DNA from: Candidatus Hydrogenedentota bacterium
Lineage (GTDB): Bacteria > Hydrogenedentota > Hydrogenedentia > Hydrogenedentales > SLHB01
Assembly: GCA_045863335.1 (NCBI GenBank)
Contig: BTVY01000001.1
Span: 40,571 to 104,570, forward strand
Length of the DNA stretch: 64,000 nucleotides
Direction: 5' to 3'
In this document: piece after piece, positions 30,495-39,705 of the stretch
Layout: each line of letters starts with the position of its first letter
Position numbering within the stretch: the stretch's first letter is position 1
Notes under the pieces: model-generated
Seen by the model: the letters and a program-made list of their open reading frames with translations, nothing else
Database searches by the model: none
What the model was told of the DNA's origin: nothing
Translations under genes and position numbers: made by a program

Positions 30495-30865
30495 GTTTTT
30501 CCGTATACCGACATGTTCTCCCGTTGTTTGCGGTTCGGGAGAAGACCGGGTTTAGCGCCTTGAACCAGCTCGAACTTGGACCCACAGGTGTCGCACAGTC
30601 CATACTCAAACCCCGGATGTTCGAGATACTCGCCGCATCGCGGACATGCGGGCAGGTGCTTTCGATAGACCGCTTCCAGGGAGGGGAAATCAAGCCCGCA
30701 GCACGCGCATTTCGCAACGGGAGCCACGCGGAGCCAGCATCGGGAAAACGCGCGGTACGCCTTGCAGACGGCGCAATACACCTCGCGCCCCATCACTTGC
30801 CGAACCGAAGGCGCAGGATTCGACTTCTCCGCGTCGCGTTTCTTTTGGCCAAAGAGCGCCATCAT
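30479..30865 (-). CDS. Small multi-zinc-ribbon protein
   Basis: Four CxxC pairs (CAVC, CACC, CPRC, CDTC); overlaps the start of the UDPGP gene. Confidence 0.65.
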   Translation of the reverse strand: MMALFGQKKRDAEKSNPAPSVRQVMGREVYCAVCKAYRAFSRCWLRVAPVAKCACCGLDFPSLEAVYRKHLPACPRCGEYLEHPGFEYGLCDTCGSKFELVQGAKPGLLPNRKQRENMSVYGKTWSKD

Positions 30866-30966
30866 CATACTCGATAGGAGTTGTAACGCCCTCGGTGGGC
30901 GTCATCGATGGAACGGCACACCGTCACGGAGCGTCGGGCAAAACAGACACCGGCCTGAAAACGAAT

Positions 30967-32196
30967 TCAGCCCGTTACAGAGGCAAATGCGCGCATCGTA
31001 TGCTTGACGGCCTTGTCGCCGGACCGCACGGTAAACGATACGGATTCATTCTTCAATCCCGGTCCCGCATCCGGCCGGACGCCGAGATCGAGAAACTTCG
31101 TGTTCGGCTTGTCCCCGTCCCGAACCGCCACGCTAAAGGCTTCACCGGTAACCTCCACGTCGTCCAGGGAAAAGTCGGTCTCGGAACTGACTACGGCAGT
31201 GGCGATCTGGGAGCTGCCGGGATCGACAGCGTTTCGCACGCTCAGCATGGTTGGCGTAACGCTGAAGAACGACTCCACATTTGCGGAAACGCGATAGGCG
31301 AAGCGGTCGACCCGCTTCGTGTTCGTCAGAATGTAGAAGGAGTCGCTGAATGTCCCCACGGGCAAATCCGGGGCGAACTTCACCACGATCTCCCACTCCT
31401 TGCGCTCGGGATCGGCCCACTCGCTCTGGGGCCGTTCTTTCAGATCGAGCGTATATTGAATCTCGCCGGAATCCACATCCGTGTCCTCCGGGCCGGATTT
31501 TCGCGTGGCATTGCGGCCCGGGCGAACTTCCGTGACTTCCAGATCGGTTGCGTTGGCCTCGCGCAACACCACACGCGCTTCGGTGGATTCGCCGTTCTGG
31601 ATGGTGCCCAACTCCAGGGACTCCGGCTCCATGGTGAATTCGGGGAGCACCTGTGCCTCCACCGCCACTTCCAAGGATGGGGTCACGGGGTCGGACGACA
31701 TCAACGTCAGCACCTTCCGCGAATGGAATCCGGGGACCCGGAACGGATCCAAGGTAATCGTCATGTCCATCTTCGCGTTCGGGGGAATTACCGTCTCGGC
31801 TTTGCCGTTCTCCCCGGTTACGTTCTTGGTCATTTGGCCCTGGGTGCAACCGCACGTGGTTCGAATATCGAGTATCTTCAGCGGTGCGTCGCCACGGTTG
31901 TAGACTGCCATCGTCGCGGTCGTCGGTTTCGTATTGTCAACCACTCCCATATTGAAGTCGGTGGTTTCTACTTCGATCTTGGCCGCGCCGGGTGTGTTGG
32001 CGCCGCCCCCGGCGATCAGCCCGTCATGAGAACTGGAACCTTGGCCGGATTCTCGCAACGCGGACACTTCCTCAAGGAAATCGCGGGAATCGCCGTCCAA
32101 CTTCGTGGCGCCGCTCGTCCGAATATAGGCCACGAGAAAGAACCCTCCAATCAGAACGAGAGTCCCCGCGATTACATGACTCGATCGAATTCGCAT
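30967..32196 (-). CDS. DUF1573-domain protein with Ig-like repeats, membrane-anchored
   Basis: N-terminal TM; NRGDAPLKI...TTCGCT motif. Confidence 0.75.
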   Translation of the reverse strand: MRIRSSHVIAGTLVLIGGFFLVAYIRTSGATKLDGDSRDFLEEVSALRESGQGSSSHDGLIAGGGANTPGAAKIEVETTDFNMGVVDNTKPTTATMAVYNRGDAPLKILDIRTTCGCTQGQMTKNVTGENGKAETVIPPNAKMDMTITLDPFRVPGFHSRKVLTLMSSDPVTPSLEVAVEAQVLPEFTMEPESLELGTIQNGESTEARVVLREANATDLEVTEVRPGRNATRKSGPEDTDVDSGEIQYTLDLKERPQSEWADPERKEWEIVVKFAPDLPVGTFSDSFYILTNTKRVDRFAYRVSANVESFFSVTPTMLSVRNAVDPGSSQIATAVVSSETDFSLDDVEVTGEAFSVAVRDGDKPNTKFLDLGVRPDAGPGLKNESVSFTVRSGDKAVKHTMRAFASVTG

Positions 32197-32200
32197 AGCT

Positions 32201-33211
32201 TCACTCCGCGCGGAATCGCACGCCGTACCGCGCCTCCGCATCTCGTAACGCGCCGGACAGGTTTTCGTAGGTCGCCGGGGTCACCTCCCGTTTGACCTCC
32301 ATTGCCATGAGCAGCGCGCCTACAACCGGCTCGTACGTTGGCATGATGGTCCGTGCCTGCGGGCACTCCTGGTGGAGCACTTCCCGCATCGCATCGACCA
32401 GCACAGGACTGCTGCCCTTAAAAACACTTCCGGCCATAACAACGTCAAAGTCTTCGTGAGACATTCCCAATTTGCGCGCCACGGCGTTCACCATGGCGCC
32501 CAGGTACTTGCCGCCACTGCGTAGGATATCACAAGCAGCCGCGTCGCCTTCAAACGCCGCGTCGAACACCAGTTTCGCCATGGGCTCGAGGTCGAAGTAG
32601 GTAATTTCCCGTCGGTATAGCTTGTAGAACAATTCCTCGACCGAAGAGCACCCCGCCCGCTCCACGAATTTCCGGGTCAACAGGGTTTCGGGAATGATGC
32701 CGTCGCGAGCCTGCCAGACTCTCTGAATTCCCTGGCGCCCAATATCAGAGCCCGAACAAATGTCGCCAAATTCCGGGCCCAGCCCGCCTACGCGCGCATG
32801 GTCACCGGCACGATTCTTGCCGGCGGAGACGCAGCCCGTGCCGCAGGCAATCACGATTCCGTATGGCTCACGCGTACCGCCGCGCAGGCCGGCCATGGAA
32901 TCGTTCTGAAAATCCCGCGGGATGTCGCCGAACAAGGGTGTAAAAATCTCCCGCTCGAGCATTTCGTAGTCTTCCGGGATATCGGCCCCGGCGATACCCA
33001 TACCGATGGCGTCGATATCGGAGAGCGCCAGCCCGGCACACGCGAGCGCTGACTCAACGGCCTTCCGGTTCTCCTCTCGTGCGGGCCCTACGCCGTGGAA
33101 TTCATAATTCCCCGTGCCCGCCTTGCCAAATCCTTTGATATGGCCATTTTCGTCGCCGATCAGGCAGAAGGTTTTGGTGCCCCCTGCATCCAACCCCAGA
33201 TAATGCTTCAT
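32201..33211 (-). CDS. BadF/BadG/BcrA/BcrD-family sugar kinase (N-acetylglucosamine kinase-like)
   Basis: LGLDAGGTKT, GIAGAD, ND, ACGTG, GD..SG, GSVF. Confidence 0.85.
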   Translation of the reverse strand: MKHYLGLDAGGTKTFCLIGDENGHIKGFGKAGTGNYEFHGVGPAREENRKAVESALACAGLALSDIDAIGMGIAGADIPEDYEMLEREIFTPLFGDIPRDFQNDSMAGLRGGTREPYGIVIACGTGCVSAGKNRAGDHARVGGLGPEFGDICSGSDIGRQGIQRVWQARDGIIPETLLTRKFVERAGCSSVEELFYKLYRREITYFDLEPMAKLVFDAAFEGDAAACDILRSGGKYLGAMVNAVARKLGMSHEDFDVVMAGSVFKGSSPVLVDAMREVLHQECPQARTIMPTYEPVVGALLMAMEVKREVTPATYENLSGALRDAEARYGVRFRAE

Positions 33212-33304
33212 GAATTCCTCTTTTCCACGACGCTCAATATGCAACGGCGCGCGAGACCGAAGTCCCGCGCGCCGATTCCAGTACGCGTATCGAATTCGTC
33301 CGGC

Positions 33305-34150
33305 TTAATTGCCGCGAACTTGCCGGAGGCGTTCCCGTGCTTGATCCGTGACTTCCGAAAGCGGATAGTTCTCAACCAAGTCCGTCCAAAGTTCGATGGC
33401 GCGCTGCGTTTGCCCCAGGGCGATGTGACAATCCGCCTGGCGCGTCATGGAATACGCGGCCTTAAGGTTGTCCGGTCCCGGGTAATTACTCCGCACCTTC
33501 TCGAACTCGGCGATGGCCGTTTCGTTCTGTCCCAGCTTCCGAAACGACTCCGCTTTCCAGAACTGGGCGTTCGCCGCATTATTCGCCGTCGGATACCGTT
33601 GCAGGAACCCGTCGTACAATGCAATGGCCTGCTCGTAATCATCGTTCAGGAAGGCCTGCTGCGCCTTGTTGTACTCCGTCAACGCGTTGGAAGCGGCGTC
33701 GCCGGCCGGAGGCGCCTCCGGTACCGGAGCTTCCGACATCGCGGCAGGCGGGATCTCAGCGCCACCAGCTGGGGGGGTAACGACAACCGGAGGCTCGAAT
33801 CCTGGCGCCGCTCCACTGCGAGGCCCGGATCGCCCGAATTCCTGGTAGATGACCGTGGCCAAGCGATCCAGTGACTCCTGGAGCGCTTCCAGCTTCGCCT
33901 GGTTCTCCTCGACCTTGGTCTGCAGCTGACGCGTGGTCGTTTCGCTCGCTTCGACCTTTGCCGTCAGTTCTGCCGCGGTCTCGTTGAGTTGCGTGATCCG
34001 CGGGCCGAGGTCCGTTTCCAGGTTCTTCGCAATGCGATGGGTCGCATACACGGAATTGGCAACCTGATCGCCGCTGGAGCTTGTCGTAGCACAACCGGAA
34101 CTGAGCGCTGCCAACGCCGTCATCCCCGCCAGGGCAGTCCTGAAACGCAT
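33305..34150 (-). CDS. cpoB: Tol-Pal system protein CpoB/YbgF (lipoprotein with coiled coil and TPRs)
   Basis: LSSG-C lipobox, coiled coil, TPRs with YP...AANAQFW; directly downstream of pal. Confidence 0.8.
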   Translation of the reverse strand: MRFRTALAGMTALAALSSGCATTSSSGDQVANSVYATHRIAKNLETDLGPRITQLNETAAELTAKVEASETTTRQLQTKVEENQAKLEALQESLDRLATVIYQEFGRSGPRSGAAPGFEPPVVVTPPAGGAEIPPAAMSEAPVPEAPPAGDAASNALTEYNKAQQAFLNDDYEQAIALYDGFLQRYPTANNAANAQFWKAESFRKLGQNETAIAEFEKVRSNYPGPDNLKAAYSMTRQADCHIALGQTQRAIELWTDLVENYPLSEVTDQARERLRQVRGN

Positions 34151-34163
34151 GGTACATGTACCC

Positions 34164-34700
34164 CTATCGGTTCGCTTTGTTGAACTCACAACGCCGGTTC
34201 TGCGCCCATGCTGCTTCCGTGTGACCCAAGTCCACCGGATCTTCTTCACCGTAGCTGATCGTGATCAGACGGTCGCCGGAAATCCCCAAGCGAATCAGGT
34301 GGTCGCGGGTCGCCAACGCGCGTTTCTCGCCCAGGGCCAAGTTGTAATCCTGGGTGCCCCGCTCGTCGCAGTGCCCTTCAATCTGCACATATACGTTCGG
34401 ATACTGCTTCAAGACTTCCGCATTGTGACGCAGCGTCTCCAGGGCATCCGGGCGCAGCGTGTAGCTGTCGTAATCGAAATAGATGGTCCGCACGCCTTCG
34501 GCGGACTCAAATACGAGGGATTCCACGTCAACATCCGGCAGGCCGCTTCCCGTCGTTTCCTCGGGTCCCGGTCCCGTGGGGGTCGTGGTGGTCAACCCCG
34601 GGTCAATGGGAGCCGGTTTCTTGCTCTTACACCCCGTTGAAACGGCCAGCGCAAGAACGATACAAAGCCCGCACAGCATTCCACTCCGCAGGTAGCTCAT
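34164..34700 (-). CDS. pal: Peptidoglycan-associated lipoprotein
   Basis: STG-C lipobox; IYFDYD, IEGHCDERGT..YN.ALG..RA, SYGEE.P, NRR. Confidence 0.95.
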   Translation of the reverse strand: MSYLRSGMLCGLCIVLALAVSTGCKSKKPAPIDPGLTTTTPTGPGPEETTGSGLPDVDVESLVFESAEGVRTIYFDYDSYTLRPDALETLRHNAEVLKQYPNVYVQIEGHCDERGTQDYNLALGEKRALATRDHLIRLGISGDRLITISYGEEDPVDLGHTEAAWAQNRRCEFNKANR

Positions 34701-34993
34701 GTGAAAGAATCCTCCAAGGTCAGTTTTTTTTGAGACTATGATTCTACCAAATCCGCAAAACGCGATCAAACCAGCTTATTCCAATGACTTATATGCCCAA
34801 TCGGAGCCAAAAGTTGCCTGAAATGCAAATTCCAATGATTTAGCTGATTGATCGCGGGCGACTACGCCCATATTGTACACCAATCTTTACTGATCCACAA
34901 AATCTTGTAATGCACCGCGCGGCGTCTTCAACATCCGCTCGCGTATCGCACTGACGCGTCCACCTCCACCTTCCACACCAATCCGATATTCTC

Positions 34994-36217
34994 TTACAGC
35001 GCCAGATTCTCCCGAATGCTGCTGACGGCCGCCTCAATGTCTTCGGCGTGGCCAAAGGCGCTCAACCGGAAGAACCCTTCGCCGCTGGGCCCGAACCCGG
35101 ACCCGGGCGTGCCCACCACGTGGGCCTCATTCAGGAGCTTGTCGAAGAACTCCCATGAACTCGTGCCGTTCGGGGTCTGCATCCACACGTAGGGCGCGTT
35201 ATCGCCGCCGTACACGGTGAGGCCCAGCGCTTCGAGGCCGTCCTTGATGGTTCGGGCATTCTTCATGTAATACGCCACCATCTCCGCACACTCGCGCTGT
35301 CCGGTTTCGGACATGACCGCGAGACCGCCTTCCTGCACGATATTGGACGCGCCATTGAACATGGTCGTCTGACGCCGGTTCCAGAGGCGATGAACTTTCC
35401 CGGCCTCCGCGTTCTCGCAGACGAGGGCCTTGGGCACCACGCTCCAGCCGAGGCGCACACCGGTGAACCCGGCCTCCTTCGAGAAACTGCTGATCTCGAG
35501 AGCGCACTCCGTCGCCCCCTCGATCTCGAAAATCGACCGGGGCAATTCCGGGTCGCTGATGAACGCCGCGTACGCGGAGTCGAAAATGATGACGGCCTTC
35601 ACCTCGCGCGCGTAATCGACAAATGTCTTCAACTGTTCCCGGGTCGCCACCGCCCCCGTGGGGTTGTTCGGGCTGCACAGGTAAATGAGATCGACTTTAC
35701 CCTCGGGGACCGCAGGAATAAATGCATTGTCCGCCGTACACGGCATGTAGACAAGCCCCTGAAACCGACCGTCTTTCCATTGCCCTGTCCGGCCGGCGAT
35801 GACATTGCTGTCCACATACACGGGATACGCGGGATCCTGCACCGCGACACTGTTATCAACGCCGAAAATGGACTGAATATTCGCCGAATCGGGCTTCGCC
35901 CCGTCACTCACAAAGACTTCATCCGGTTCAATGGACACCCCGAGACCCCGGTATCGATCCGCCAAGGCCTGCCGAAGTTCTGTATTCCCCTGCTCCGCGC
36001 CGTACCCCGTATAGGTTTGCACGTCCGCCAGCTTATCGACCCCTCGGTGGAGGCCCGCAATGACCGATGAGGTCAGCGGCTCGGTCGTATCGCCGATTCC
36101 CAGGCGCATGATCTTGGCATCGGGGTGCTCCGCCTGAAAGGCGCGAGTTCGTTTGGCGATTTCGGGAAACAGATACCCCGCCTGAAGCTTGTCGTAGTTC
36201 AAGTTCAATGTTGCCAT
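34994..36217 (-). CDS. dapL: LL-diaminopimelate aminotransferase
   Basis: YLFPEI, LGIGD, SDGAK, DPAYPVYVD, SFSKEAGFTGVR, PGSGFG..GEG. Confidence 0.95.
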   Translation of the reverse strand: MATLNLNYDKLQAGYLFPEIAKRTRAFQAEHPDAKIMRLGIGDTTEPLTSSVIAGLHRGVDKLADVQTYTGYGAEQGNTELRQALADRYRGLGVSIEPDEVFVSDGAKPDSANIQSIFGVDNSVAVQDPAYPVYVDSNVIAGRTGQWKDGRFQGLVYMPCTADNAFIPAVPEGKVDLIYLCSPNNPTGAVATREQLKTFVDYAREVKAVIIFDSAYAAFISDPELPRSIFEIEGATECALEISSFSKEAGFTGVRLGWSVVPKALVCENAEAGKVHRLWNRRQTTMFNGASNIVQEGGLAVMSETGQRECAEMVAYYMKNARTIKDGLEALGLTVYGGDNAPYVWMQTPNGTSSWEFFDKLLNEAHVVGTPGSGFGPSGEGFFRLSAFGHAEDIEAAVSSIRENLAL

Positions 36218-36347
36218 GACTGTAAATTCGGCTCCTATCGTTCGTTCCCACGCTGAGAAGGGGCAAGATGATACCTGAAACTACTTCAACGATGCACATC
36301 TTTGGATAGGTGAATGGACGATTCGCGCAGGTCCGCAGGATTATTCG

Positions 36348-39300
36348 CTAAGCCTCCGGGGAGTCCTCGTCCTTCTTCGCCGTGATGAGATACAGAATGG
36401 GCAAAACGAAGAGCGTCAGCACTGTCGCCGTCAGTATCCCGCCGACCACCACTGTGGCGAGAGGCCGTTGGACCTCCGCGCCCACGCCCGTGGACAAGGC
36501 CATGGGGATGAAGCCGACAGCATCGGTGATCGCGGTCGCCAGAACCGGGCGAAGGCGTTGCTTGCCGGCCGCGAGTACGGCGTCTCGAATCGCCAATCCA
36601 TCAGCAAGGAACGATCGAATCGCGGCGACAAGCACCTGCCCATTCAGCACCGCGATACCCGACAGCGCGATGAACCCGACCGCAGCACTCACGCTGAACG
36701 GGATGTCCCGTATCCACAGCGACACAATACCGCCAATCGCCGCGAAGGGAACGCCCGTGTAAATGATCAAGACGTCACGAAAACTCTTGAGGCTGAGGTA
36801 CAGCAACACGAATACCAGCAACAGTGTCAACGGCACGATGATGGCCAGCCGCAGTCGCGCGCGTTCGAGATTCTGGAATTGCCCGCCCCATTCGATGAGG
36901 TAGCCTTCCGGAAGATCGACTTCCTCCGCGATACGCCGCTGCGCTTCGTCCACGAAAGATGCCACGTCCCGGTCGCGGACGTTCGTCTGCACGCGGATGA
37001 GACGCCGTCCCCATTCGCGGTTGATCGTGGCAGGACTATTCGTCTCGACCACGTCCGCCAACTCGTGCAGCTCAAGTTGCGTGCCTTGGTCCGTGGGAAC
37101 CAACGCCTCTTTCAGGCGCTCCGGGTCCTCGCGAAAACTGTCCGGAAGCCGCAGCACGAAGGGGAACGTCCGCTGGCCTTCGTAGATGGTCCCCACGTCC
37201 GTCCCGCCAACCGCTTCGACAAAATCCAGCACGTCGCCTGCGGGGACTCCATAACGTGCGATGCGGTTCTGGTCGACGCGAACTTGAACGGTTGGTTGGC
37301 CCGTCAATTGATCCACGGAGATGTCCGCCGCGCCGTCCACGTCGAGGAGCACACGCTGAATGTCGTCGGAGATCCGGACCAGTTCATCGAAGTCGTCGCC
37401 GAAAATCTTGATGCCCACGTCCGAACGCATACCCGAGGTCAGCTCGTTCATACGCAGCTCGATGGGCTGAGAGTAGGCAACGTTAATACCCGGCAAATCG
37501 CTCAGAACCTCTTCGACACCCGCCAACAGCTCCGCTTGTGTGCTGACGCGGGTCCACTGATTCCGCGGATGAAGCGTGAGGAATACGTCGGTCAGCTCGA
37601 TACCCATGGGATCGGTGGCGACTTCCGCGGACCCGATTCGGCTCCACACGTATTGGATCTCATCGGGAAACGCATCCAGCAGTAACTGCTCCATGCGCGT
37701 GTTGTAGCGCACGGAGGTGTCGATAGACACGCCCGCCAGCCGGATCACGTTCGCCACGATGGCGCCTTCACTCAGTCGCGGCACGAACTCCCCGCCGAGG
37801 CGAGTCGCCAGTCCCGCGGTAGCGGACAGCGCAATGACCGTCAATGCGAGCACAAGCCATCGCAGCTTCAACGCGCCGCCCAGGAAGAATCCGTAAATCT
37901 CGGTCAAGAAGTACGAGAACCCCTTGCGCTCGGGCCGCGCGTTTCGCGGGAGCACGTAGTACGACAGCACCGGCGACAGGAACACCGCGATGAGCAACGC
38001 GCCGAGCATGGCCAGGATGAAGGTCCACGCCATCGGTTTGAACATCTTCCCTTCTATCCCCTGAAGGGTCAGAATCGGGAAAAACACGATGAGAATAATG
38101 CCCATCCCGAATGCGATGGGACGCACGACTTCCTGGCTCGAGCGGATGATGCACGCAAGCCGTTCGGCGCGGGTCAATTTACGCCCCTGCCGCTCCTGCT
38201 CGTCGCGGAGCCGCCGCAGATTGGCTTCCGTCATCACCACGGATCCGTCCACCAGAATTCCAAAGTCGATCGCGCCAAGGCTGAGTAGGCTCGCCGCAAT
38301 GGACAACTCGAACATGCCGAGCACGGCGAACAGCATCGCGATGGGGATCGTGATCGCGACGAGCAAGCCTGCGCGCACGTTGCCCAGGAGCAGGAACAAG
38401 ACGACAATGACGAAGACCGCGCCCAGGATTAGATTGTGCTGCACCGTTCCGATCACTTCCGCGATCAGATCGGTGCGGTCGTAGACCACATCGATAACGA
38501 TGTCTTCCGGCAGCGCGGTCGCCGCGAGTTGCAGTTGCTCCCGCAAAGCCTGCGTCACATCCTGGCTGTTCTCGCCGAGCAACATGAAGCCGAGGCCCAG
38601 CAAGGCCTCGCCCTGCCCCTGAAACGTCACCGCACCACGGCGAATCTCGTGGTCGACCCGCACTTCGGCGAGATCGTGAATGTGTAGCGGCGTGCCTTCG
38701 AACGCGGCGACGACAATGTTCTCGATCTCTTCGACCGTCGACACACGACCCAACCCGTGGACCAGCAAACTTTCTCCCGTTCGCTCAATCTGCCCACCGC
38801 CCACGTTTCCGTTGTTTCGCTCGAGCGCATCCTTCACGTTCGCCAGGGTGAGGCCGTACTTGATCAGCGACTCCGGACTGACGATAACGTGAAACTGTTT
38901 CTCGAAGCCGCCCCAACTGTTCACTTCCGCCACGCCGGAAACCTTGAGCAGCTCCGGCTTGACGACCCAGTCGTGGAGCGTGCGAATCTCCGTGACCGAA
39001 CGGTTCGGATCGGTCGATCGCACGATGTAATGGAGCACCTCGCCGAGACCAGTCGAGATGGGCCCCATCTCCGGGCGTTCGATGCTTTCCGGAAGTTGAA
39101 CGCCATTGACGCGCTCCATGATGAATTGGCGCGCGTCATAGACGTCCGTGCGTTCGTCGAACGTCGCCACAACTTGCGACAGCCCGAATTTCGATATGGA
39201 GCGCACGTTTTCGAGACCGGGCAGTCCGGATACCGCCAATTCAATGGGAAGCGTGATCTGCTGTTCGATTTCTTCGGCATTCAGCGCGGACGCAGTCGTG

Positions 39301-39449
39301 TTGATCTGCACCTGCGTGGGCGATGTGTCGGGGAATGCGTCAATCGGCAGGTCCGTCAGCCGCCACACGCCAACGCCGCAGACGACGGCGAATAGAATCA
39401 GGACGAGCAGACGGTTTTGAAGCGTCGCCGCAATAATCGAATTTAACAT
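36348..39449 (-). CDS. czcA: CzcA/CusA-family heavy-metal RND efflux permease
   Basis: 1033 aa; LPIDAFPD, MGPISTGLGE, SLGAIDFG..VDG, RLRPVL, GAEVQRPLA. Confidence 0.92.
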   Translation of the reverse strand: MLNSIIAATLQNRLLVLILFAVVCGVGVWRLTDLPIDAFPDTSPTQVQINTTASALNAEEIEQQITLPIELAVSGLPGLENVRSISKFGLSQVVATFDERTDVYDARQFIMERVNGVQLPESIERPEMGPISTGLGEVLHYIVRSTDPNRSVTEIRTLHDWVVKPELLKVSGVAEVNSWGGFEKQFHVIVSPESLIKYGLTLANVKDALERNNGNVGGGQIERTGESLLVHGLGRVSTVEEIENIVVAAFEGTPLHIHDLAEVRVDHEIRRGAVTFQGQGEALLGLGFMLLGENSQDVTQALREQLQLAATALPEDIVIDVVYDRTDLIAEVIGTVQHNLILGAVFVIVVLFLLLGNVRAGLLVAITIPIAMLFAVLGMFELSIAASLLSLGAIDFGILVDGSVVMTEANLRRLRDEQERQGRKLTRAERLACIIRSSQEVVRPIAFGMGIILIVFFPILTLQGIEGKMFKPMAWTFILAMLGALLIAVFLSPVLSYYVLPRNARPERKGFSYFLTEIYGFFLGGALKLRWLVLALTVIALSATAGLATRLGGEFVPRLSEGAIVANVIRLAGVSIDTSVRYNTRMEQLLLDAFPDEIQYVWSRIGSAEVATDPMGIELTDVFLTLHPRNQWTRVSTQAELLAGVEEVLSDLPGINVAYSQPIELRMNELTSGMRSDVGIKIFGDDFDELVRISDDIQRVLLDVDGAADISVDQLTGQPTVQVRVDQNRIARYGVPAGDVLDFVEAVGGTDVGTIYEGQRTFPFVLRLPDSFREDPERLKEALVPTDQGTQLELHELADVVETNSPATINREWGRRLIRVQTNVRDRDVASFVDEAQRRIAEEVDLPEGYLIEWGGQFQNLERARLRLAIIVPLTLLLVFVLLYLSLKSFRDVLIIYTGVPFAAIGGIVSLWIRDIPFSVSAAVGFIALSGIAVLNGQVLVAAIRSFLADGLAIRDAVLAAGKQRLRPVLATAITDAVGFIPMALSTGVGAEVQRPLATVVVGGILTATVLTLFVLPILYLITAKKDEDSPEA

Positions 39450-39519
39450 GGATAAGGCTCCAGTGGATCAATTGACGGTTCGCAGCCACGGATGCTTCCA
39501 GGCACTGCCGATCGCTCTC

Positions 39520-39681
39520 AAGAACATCCCCCTCAATCCCCCTTCAAAGGGGGAATCGATCGCAACGCTACGCGTTGCGACTGCCACGCGACGTGCTACG
39601 TATAAGGCGAGGCCGACGTCACTCCCCTGAATCGGCGGCTGGGCTATCCCCCTTTGAAGGGGGATAGAGGGGGATGTACTT
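39520..39681 (+). repeat. 37-bp-TIR element, copy 3 (162 bp, more diverged)
   Basis: Arms 39520-39556 and 39645-39681 with several mismatches; hairpin TCGCAACGC-TAC-GCGTTGCGA at 39560-39580. Confidence 0.9.
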
Positions 39682-39705
39682 GACCGCAGTTGTGATGATC
39701 TGTAG

